42,827 bases of DNA from Alphaproteobacteria bacterium (lineage in GTDB: Bacteria > Pseudomonadota > Alphaproteobacteria > Micavibrionales > UBA1664): assembly GCA_018969935.1 (NCBI GenBank), contig JAGWXJ010000001.1, forward strand, positions 1 to 42,827, given 5' to 3'. A program made the position numbers and the translations under genes. The first letter of the stretch is position 1. Each line of letters opens with the position of its first letter. The notes beneath the pieces were generated by a model. The model was not told the DNA's origin, searched no databases, and saw only the letters and a program-made list of their open reading frames with translations. Positions 36,874 to 42,827 of the stretch are shown here, one piece after another.

Positions 36874-37616
36874 TGCGCGCGCTCGCCCTTTCCTTCTTCC
36901 TTCTGGCATGTATCTGGGCTTCAGGCGTATCCGCGCAAGATGAACCCGTGATTGATGGCACCCCTGCTGTGGGTTCCACTACGGATCAGGAAACATCCAT
37001 CATCACGGAATCCACCGAGAACGCACCGGCACCCGCAGAAGGTGCAGAAGGCGAAACATCCGCACCCGAGGAGCCCGCCCTTCCCAAAAAGCGGGAATTT
37101 ACGGATATGCCGCAGGTCAGGCTCCGCATCCTCGATAAAGTCCGCGCCGAAAGCCGCACCTATGATCTCGATGTGAATCACACAGTGGCCTACGCCAATA
37201 TCCGCATCCGCCCGCGCGCCTGCCGCAAATCATCACCGCTGGATGACCCCGAAAACGCATCGTTCCTGCAAATCTGGGAAGTGAAGCCCGATGGCCGCAG
37301 CGATTGGGTCTTCTCGGGCTGGATGTTTTCGTCCTCCCCCGCTATCTCGGCCATGGACCACGCCGTTTACGACGTAACGGTACTCGATTGCAGGGACCCC
37401 AAAGCCACATCCCAGTCCGAATCGCAGGATAAAACGGCACCTACCCCCGAATCCGGCACGGAATCTGGCCCTACCGAAGAAGCGCCCGCTGCCGATGCGC
37501 CTTCAGCCACAGATGCCGCGCTGGACGAATACATCGCAGATGAACCAGCCTCCGAATCTGACGCTGATACAAAAGAAACCCCTTCCGCCGACAGCGCCCC
37601 CGCCAGTAGCGAGTGA
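36873..37616 (+). CDS. DUF2155-family secreted protein with a long acidic C-terminal tail
   Basis: Signal peptide MRALALSFFLLACIWASGVSA. Core VRLRILDKVRAESRTYDL...ANIRIRPRACRK...FSGWMF. Conserved alphaproteobacterial neighbourhood with mlaD and NDUFA12. Confidence 0.8.
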   Translation: MRALALSFFLLACIWASGVSAQDEPVIDGTPAVGSTTDQETSIITESTENAPAPAEGAEGETSAPEEPALPKKREFTDMPQVRLRILDKVRAESRTYDLDVNHTVAYANIRIRPRACRKSSPLDDPENASFLQIWEVKPDGRSDWVFSGWMFSSSPAISAMDHAVYDVTVLDCRDPKATSQSESQDKTAPTPESGTESGPTEEAPAADAPSATDAALDEYIADEPASESDADTKETPSADSAPASSE

Positions 37617-38164
37617 TATTCCTCCCGCGGGATCTCGATACACCCGAATTGCTTGAGATGCTCGTTCAAAAACTGGCAGTCCAACAGCCTGTACCCACGC
37701 AACTTTAGCCGTGTCACTAGGTGCACCAAAGCAACCTTGCTGGCATTGGGCACACGGGAAAACATGCTTTCCCCGAAAAACGCCCCGTTGATAGCCACCC
37801 CGTAAAGCCCGCCCACAAGGGCGTTTTCCTCATCCCAGCACTCTATACTATGTGTGTATCCCATATTATGAAGTGTATTATAAACTTGTAATATTTGTGA
37901 ATTGATCCATGTTTCATCCCGCCCCTCGGATTGGGCAGCGCAGCCTGCCATCACAGCACCAAAGGCACGATTGATAGTTACCCTGAATGGTCGTCTTTTC
38001 AGAAATTTACGTAAAGAATGGGATACATGAAACCCGTCAAGCGGGATAACACCACGCATAACAGGGCTGACCCAGTAGACATCCTCATCCGTGGCGTGCT
38101 CCGCCATGGGGAATAGGCCCATCTGGTATGCATCAAGGATATCTTCGGGCGTAAGCTCGCCCAT
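37367..38164 (-). CDS. aat: leucyl/phenylalanyl-tRNA--protein transferase
   Basis: AYQMGLFPM, WVSPVMRGVIPLDGFHVSHSLRKFLKR, GGLYGVAINGAFFGESMFS, LLDCQFLNEHL. The ATG at 38164 lies 4 nt after the upstream stop; the alternative is GTG at 38206. The first in-frame stop is not reached until 37367. Confidence 0.9.
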   Translation of the reverse strand: MGELTPEDILDAYQMGLFPMAEHATDEDVYWVSPVMRGVIPLDGFHVSHSLRKFLKRRPFRVTINRAFGAVMAGCAAQSEGRDETWINSQILQVYNTLHNMGYTHSIECWDEENALVGGLYGVAINGAFFGESMFSRVPNASKVALVHLVTRLKLRGYRLLDCQFLNEHLKQFGCIEIPREEYHSLLAGALSAEGVSFVSASDSEAGSSAMYSSSAASVAEGASAAGASSVGPDSVPDSGVGAVLSCDSDWDVALGSLQSSTVTS

Positions 38165-38168
38165 GGCG

Positions 38169-38807
38169 CTACTCGTCGCCTTCGCCGCCACTGGTGCTAC
38201 CGCCACGCGGTGTACGTGGCATCAGGTTGCCGAGGCCGGGCATGGGCGATGTGGCCCCCGGCCCAAGTGACGGCGGGGCCATGCGTGGCTGGTTCTGGAG
38301 TTGGCTTTTCTGGACCATGGCCTGTTCCTGCACAAGCACCTTCGCCAGCTGCGGGGCAGCCTGTAGCGTTGCCGCTGAAAGCCCCTCGCGGTGGATGATA
38401 CCGCCGTTGCTGCTGGTATCGCCAAGATTGTCGCGGTGGATGGTCTGGCCGGATGTCACTTTCTTAAGCCATGCCATAACACCCGATACACCGGGGGGTA
38501 GGCCACTACCCGTACCTGCCACATCGTCTTCATCGTGGGAAACTGTTACCAGCGGCACCTGTTTGGCAAAAATCATGCGGCCCTTTTCAATGCAGCAGGC
38601 GTGGATTTGCTCGCGCGCCTTCAAAAACGGCACCATATCCTCGCCCACGGGGCAATTCAGCTTCATCGAATCCATGGATGCCCCGAATTCGAGTGTCAGC
38701 GAGCGTTCGGCAACATCGAAAATGACGCCCGATACATCCGAGGAAAAGGCGCTACTTGCAAGGAGCCCGACTTCACCGCCGCGTGAGGCCAGAAGGTCAA
38801 TCTGCAT
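38169..38807 (-). CDS. hypothetical protein (212 aa): folded N-terminal half, Pro/Gly/Gln-rich C-terminal half
   Basis: Protein-like composition, unlike the antisense ORF 38194..38835, which is Trp/Cys/Ser/Arg-rich. Directly upstream of aat and co-oriented with it. Confidence 0.55.
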   Translation of the reverse strand: MQIDLLASRGGEVGLLASSAFSSDVSGVIFDVAERSLTLEFGASMDSMKLNCPVGEDMVPFLKAREQIHACCIEKGRMIFAKQVPLVTVSHDEDDVAGTGSGLPPGVSGVMAWLKKVTSGQTIHRDNLGDTSSNGGIIHREGLSAATLQAAPQLAKVLVQEQAMVQKSQLQNQPRMAPPSLGPGATSPMPGLGNLMPRTPRGGSTSGGEGDE

Positions 38808-38875
38808 GAATGTTCTCTGGTTTTTTATACTCTGATATTCTAGCGTATCCGCGCAAATTTGACCAGAAGACTAAA

Positions 38876-40435
38876 ATGTCCGCTATCGTCGGCCTCATCG
38901 CACCCGATCTGGAACCCGAATCGCGCCAAAAGACGCTTTCGGCCATGGCCGCCCTTATCAGATATCGTGGTAACGAGGCATTTTCAGGCTGGGTATGTGA
39001 TGATGCGCCGCTGGCACTGGGCATCCACGCCCTATCGACGATCGACCTTACCCCCGACGGCGTTCAACCCGCTATCCTTGGTAGCCATAAAATCGTGGCC
39101 GTGCTGGATGGATATATTGCAAATGCCCCTACCCTCCGCCGCGAACTTGAAGAAAAAAATATAAAACTCAAAGGCCACGGCGATGCCGAATTACTGGCTG
39201 CCTGTGCCGCTGAATATGGCCTAAACCGCCTCCTGCAAAAACTGGAAGGCGCATTCGCCTTCGCTTTATGGGACGGCAATACGGGCGCCCTGCATCTGGT
39301 ACGCGACCGCATGGGCATCAAACCGCTATATGTTTACCGCTTCAAACACAGCACTGCTTTTGCATCCGACCCTGTCGCATTCAAGGCCCTATCCGCTTAC
39401 AAACCTGCCCTTGATACAGAATCCGTGAAGGAATATCTGGCCCATGGCCTCGTCACGGCACCCGCAACAGTTTTGAAGGATGTGACGTGCGTAGCCCCCG
39501 GCCACCGCATCATGCTGAATGCGGCAGACACAGGCCTCAAAACACCCGAGGCATGGTGGTCCCCCGCAGCAGCACTTGAGGAAAGCGCACTACGCGATGC
39601 CGTTGCAAATGATAACGCATCGCGGATTGACCAACTCTACAAGACACTGGCGTCCGAATCCGCCCGCACGGATATACATCTGGCAATGCTGGATATATCG
39701 GCAGCCGAATCACGCCGCCTGCAATCCCTCGTGAATGTTGATGCTCCCACCGCCTCTCAGGCACCCGATGCCGTAACGGTACAAACAGCCTTTGATAGCA
39801 TCATGCAGCTGGGCCTGCCGCACTCCAACCCCGCAGCGCTTCACATCTGGGCGCGAACGAATAAAGACCCATGCGTTCTTCTGGCCGCAACAGAATCGGC
39901 CGCGCAATCAAATCAGGGGACAGGCATGGCCATGCCGCGCCCACTGCGCCGCATGGCAACAGCGCTACTACCGCGTTATTTTGCAAATGCCGATGCGCGT
40001 GACGCCTACAAAAACCAGCACACCCTATGGGATACGGGCTTTATCCCTGACTGGTCTACCCCGCGCATCCCGATGTCCGAAAATGCGCGCACAGCCTATT
40101 ATAATTTCTGCCACGCCTTCATTGGGCGTGACGTACCGATGCTGGATGCCATCGCAAGCGCCAAAGGCAACGAGCTGCGCCTGCCATGGGCAGACCGCCG
40201 CTTGCTTGAATACGCATTGCCAGCCCCCATCCCGCCCGAAGGCGATATAGCAAACTGGTTGCGCGGCCCCTTGCGCATACGCCTTCAAAACGCGGTGCGC
40301 GCCCACAATATACTGGGCCTGCCCGACCTGCCTGAAACCGTACAAAAATTTCTGGCCGGCGACAACAATTCCGCCCGCAAACTCTGGGCTTACCTCACTC
40401 TGGCTGCATGGGCAAATGCCCATCGCCTCCTTTGA
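38876..40435 (+). CDS. asparagine synthase (AsnB)-like protein with degenerate catalytic motifs
   Basis: Class-II GATase-like N-domain: LDGYIANAPTLRRELEEKNIKLKGHGDAELL...FAFALWDGNTGALHLVRDRMGIKPLY. C-terminus ELRLPWADRRLLEYAL resembles the AsnB synthetase domain. Starts MSAIVG rather than MCGI. An alternative ATG lies at 38810. Confidence 0.8.
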   Translation: MSAIVGLIAPDLEPESRQKTLSAMAALIRYRGNEAFSGWVCDDAPLALGIHALSTIDLTPDGVQPAILGSHKIVAVLDGYIANAPTLRRELEEKNIKLKGHGDAELLAACAAEYGLNRLLQKLEGAFAFALWDGNTGALHLVRDRMGIKPLYVYRFKHSTAFASDPVAFKALSAYKPALDTESVKEYLAHGLVTAPATVLKDVTCVAPGHRIMLNAADTGLKTPEAWWSPAAALEESALRDAVANDNASRIDQLYKTLASESARTDIHLAMLDISAAESRRLQSLVNVDAPTASQAPDAVTVQTAFDSIMQLGLPHSNPAALHIWARTNKDPCVLLAATESAAQSNQGTGMAMPRPLRRMATALLPRYFANADARDAYKNQHTLWDTGFIPDWSTPRIPMSENARTAYYNFCHAFIGRDVPMLDAIASAKGNELRLPWADRRLLEYALPAPIPPEGDIANWLRGPLRIRLQNAVRAHNILGLPDLPETVQKFLAGDNNSARKLWAYLTLAAWANAHRLL

Positions 40436-40456
40436 AAGGGCTGGTATAATCGGGCC

Positions 40457-41422
40457 ATGATTATCCTGACAGGCGCAGCCGGTTTTATAGGTTTCCATAC
40501 GGCACAGGCCCTGCTTGCCGCAGGCCATAGCGTTATTGGTATCGACAACCTGAACAGTTATTACAACCCGGCACTCAAGCGCGCCCGCCTTGAAAAACTG
40601 AAATCGCACAAGGGCTTCACCTTCTGCGAAGCCAATATCGCCGATGCCCCCGCAATGGAAAAAATTGCAGCACAATACGCGAGCGCCACACACATCGTGC
40701 ATCTGGCAGCGCAGGCCGGCGTCCGCTACAGTCTCGAAAATCCCTACGCCTACGCCGAAAGCAATCTCATGGGCCAGCTAGTGATGCTGGAAATGGCAAG
40801 GCACCTTAAAAATCTGAAGCACTTTGTGTACGCCAGTTCGTCATCAGTTTACGGTAACTCGGCAAAGGCACCCTTTGGCCTCGATGAACGTTGCGACGAG
40901 CCCGTATCGCTCTATGCCGCAACAAAACGCTCTGGCGAAATGCTCGCGCATTCCTACGCATCGCTTTATAAGTTTCCCGCAACGGGCTTGCGCTTCTTTA
41001 CAGTCTATGGCCCATGGGGCAGGCCAGATATGGCTTATTTCAGCTTCACCAAAAACATCTTCGAAGGCAAACCCATCAAGGTCTTCAACAATGGCGATTT
41101 GCGCCGCGACTTCACTTATATAGATGACATCGTGGCAGGCATTGTTTCTGCGCTCGACAAACCTTCGCCAAATGCAGTCCCGCATCGCGTCTTTAACCTC
41201 GGCAACCACCGTCCCGTCCAGTTGCTGGACTTTATCGCAACCATCGAACGCGCATCGAACCACAAAGCCATCATGGAAATGTCACCAATGGCCGCGGGCG
41301 ATGTTTACGAAACCTGCGCCGATATAACGGAATCGCAAAACACGCTGGGATTCGAGCCTAAAACCACACTCGATAAGGGAATTCCTGCCTTCATTGAGTG
41401 GTATCGCGATTATTACCAGTGA
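40457..41422 (+). CDS. NAD-dependent epimerase/dehydratase (UDP-glucuronate 4-epimerase-like)
   Basis: TGAAGFIGFH Rossmann motif, ASSSSVYG, YAATKRSGE (YxxxK), and a C-terminus typical of the extended SDR family. Confidence 0.92.
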   Translation: MIILTGAAGFIGFHTAQALLAAGHSVIGIDNLNSYYNPALKRARLEKLKSHKGFTFCEANIADAPAMEKIAAQYASATHIVHLAAQAGVRYSLENPYAYAESNLMGQLVMLEMARHLKNLKHFVYASSSSVYGNSAKAPFGLDERCDEPVSLYAATKRSGEMLAHSYASLYKFPATGLRFFTVYGPWGRPDMAYFSFTKNIFEGKPIKVFNNGDLRRDFTYIDDIVAGIVSALDKPSPNAVPHRVFNLGNHRPVQLLDFIATIERASNHKAIMEMSPMAAGDVYETCADITESQNTLGFEPKTTLDKGIPAFIEWYRDYYQ

Positions 41423-42096
41423 TAGCTTAAACCAAGACGGATATCGTTTTCATCGGGGTCGATTCCGTTTTCTTCGCCATACCATGTATGTACGTAATCA
41501 AGGCGCATACCGACGCGGTCCCACGTCACCAGCTCCGTACCTATACCAAGGTCAAAGCCGTCGAAATCCTGATCACCCAAAGTAGGTGAATCAAACGATG
41601 CACGACGGTAACCGATAATCGCATACGGATTCAGCATCTTGGATATGGATATGCCGGGCCTGAAATCCACGCCCCATTCATGTTCTTTTTCAACGGAAGT
41701 GCCGGCTATTGAATCGTCTGCGCCCGACCAACCCAAGTGCGCTTCCACCGCACCTGTAATACCGATTTTATCCTGCAGGTATTCATCCAGTTTGTAGCCA
41801 AGGAATACCCCGTAATCGGCACCGTCTACTTCAAGGTTACCTGCAGTAGTATCGGCATCCGTCCAACCGTATCCGCCATAGGCGCCGAGATAGGCCCCTG
41901 TAAGAGGCGAGGAAGAGCTATCATCATACATGGTGGTACTGCTTGTGCTTCCGTAAGTGCCCGTTTGCGATGGGGCAGCTTGCGAACGTGTCGGACTGCT
42001 CTGTTGGGAATTGTAGGTGTTGGCATATTTGTCTTGCGCTTGGGCCGCAGGTGTAATGGCCATACATAAAAACAGGCTGACGATGGTTTTCTTCAT
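41413..42096 (-). CDS. outer-membrane beta-barrel protein (OmpA-like/porin family)
   Basis: ATG at 42096 with a GGAGAA RBS. Signal peptide MKKTIVSLFLCMAITPAAQA, alternating beta-strand pattern, and a C-terminal ...LGLSYHW aromatic terminus. Confidence 0.8.
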   Translation of the reverse strand: MKKTIVSLFLCMAITPAAQAQDKYANTYNSQQSSPTRSQAAPSQTGTYGSTSSTTMYDDSSSSPLTGAYLGAYGGYGWTDADTTAGNLEVDGADYGVFLGYKLDEYLQDKIGITGAVEAHLGWSGADDSIAGTSVEKEHEWGVDFRPGISISKMLNPYAIIGYRRASFDSPTLGDQDFDGFDLGIGTELVTWDRVGMRLDYVHTWYGEENGIDPDENDIRLGLSYHW

Positions 42097-42246
42097 GATT
42101 GTTCTCCTGAAAAGGGGGGATAAAACTGTTGATGCACAGCCCATACGCACCGCAGGCAGCATTAATTCCCGTCAGCACCTATAAAAAGAAGACAGGAAGA
42201 ACTTTTCCATTAGATTGGGCTTAGTCTTTAAAGGACAGAAGAGAAA

Positions 42247-42633
42247 ATGCTTAAAAAAATCAGGATTTGGGCATACCAAATCAAATTGGATACATATGCG
42301 CTTTACTTGGCTGCACATGACCCGCGTGTGCCATGGTACGCAAAAGCATTGGCAATCTTTGTCGCATCTTATGCGCTTTCACCGATAGACTTGATACCTG
42401 ACTTCATACCACTCATCGGTTATCTGGATGATCTGGTTTTAGTGCCCCTCGGTATATGGATGGCCATTAGGCTAATTCCACCTCAAATAATGTCTGAGCA
42501 CAGAGCTGCAGCCCGAAACGTTGCCGCAAAACCAGTTAGCCGTGCAGCCGCAGGCTTCATAATTTGCATATGGGTTCTACTGTTGATTTGGTTAGGAACA
42601 AAAATCGCATTCTCTATGGGGAGCGATCTTTAG
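42247..42633 (+). CDS. YkvA/DUF1232-family membrane protein
   Basis: DPRVPWYAKALAIFVASYALSPIDLIPDFIPLIGYLDDLVLVP is the DUF1232 signature. G+C is visibly low: 43 of the first 100 nt by hand count. Confidence 0.8.
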   Translation: MLKKIRIWAYQIKLDTYALYLAAHDPRVPWYAKALAIFVASYALSPIDLIPDFIPLIGYLDDLVLVPLGIWMAIRLIPPQIMSEHRAAARNVAAKPVSRAAAGFIICIWVLLLIWLGTKIAFSMGSDL

Positions 42634-42657
42634 ACTAAACATTGCGTAGGGGAGATA

Positions 42658-42732
42658 TGGAGCGGGCGACGGGATTTGAACCCGCGACATTTTGCTTGGG
42701 AAGCAAACACTCTACCCCTGAGTTACACCCGC
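42658..42732 (-). tRNA. tRNA-Gly (anticodon CCC), CCA encoded
   Basis: The reverse complement GCGGGTGTAACTCAGGGGTAGAGTGTTTGCTTCCCAAGCAAAATGTCGCGGGTTCAAATCCCGTCGCCCGCTCCA folds as a cloverleaf: 7-bp acceptor, D and T arms, and anticodon loop TTCCCAA. Confidence 0.85.
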
Positions 42733-42755
42733 ATAGTGAGGAAGAGAAGCGAGGC

Positions 42756-42827
<72 letters not shown>

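Noticed and set aside
38194-38835. 213-aa + strand ORF overlapping the 212-aa minus-strand ORF
   Set aside because: Its translation is Trp/Cys/Ser/Arg/Pro-rich and looks non-protein-like. The minus-strand frame has normal composition and is positioned 4 nt upstream of aat. I kept the minus-strand call, though only at moderate confidence.
40025-40702. 225-aa minus-strand ORF spanning the junction between the AsnB-like gene and the epimerase gene
   Set aside because: It crosses an intergenic gap and overlaps two well-supported + strand genes. It has no motifs.

Overview
The window looks like an alphaproteobacterial chromosomal backbone. A clpA sample hand-counts at 59% G+C, and AT-rich intergenic patches interrupt the coding sequence. 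Most of it is recognisable housekeeping:
- chvI and chvG (two-component system), rapZ, and ahcY.
- engB, then rmuC-def-fmt-truA, and radA.
- aroA, a DUF218 gene, cmk and rpsA.
- An acyl-CoA ligase next to a polar-amino-acid-type ABC transporter.
- clpS-clpA.
- NDUFA12-mlaD-DUF2155-aat.
- A UDP-sugar epimerase, an OMP, and two tandem tRNA-Gly genes at the right edge.

I see no CRISPR array, IS element, transposase, integrase or rRNA.

Several atypical or orphan modules sit between these core genes. None can be assigned a function from sequence alone; all are hypotheses that need database and structure searches.
1. A 292-aa ClpA-D1-only AAA+ paralogue that lacks the pore-loop Tyr. It is divergently paired with a 746-aa orphan protein (7741..11093).
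2. A short, divergent S-adenosylhomocysteine-hydrolase-fold paralogue, inserted antisense between chvI and chvG (1491..2534).
3. clpS-clpA followed by DUF2157, GDYXXLXY and a CrtI-like flavoprotein, with an ATGA stop/start overlap at each of the three junctions downstream of clpA.
4. An asparagine-synthase-like protein in which both catalytic motifs are degenerate, beside a 212-aa orphan.
5. An OmpR-type regulator with a pseudo-receiver domain, followed by three orphan ORFs including a FlgO-like lipoprotein.
6. A 250-nt convergent overlap between aat and the DUF2155 gene.
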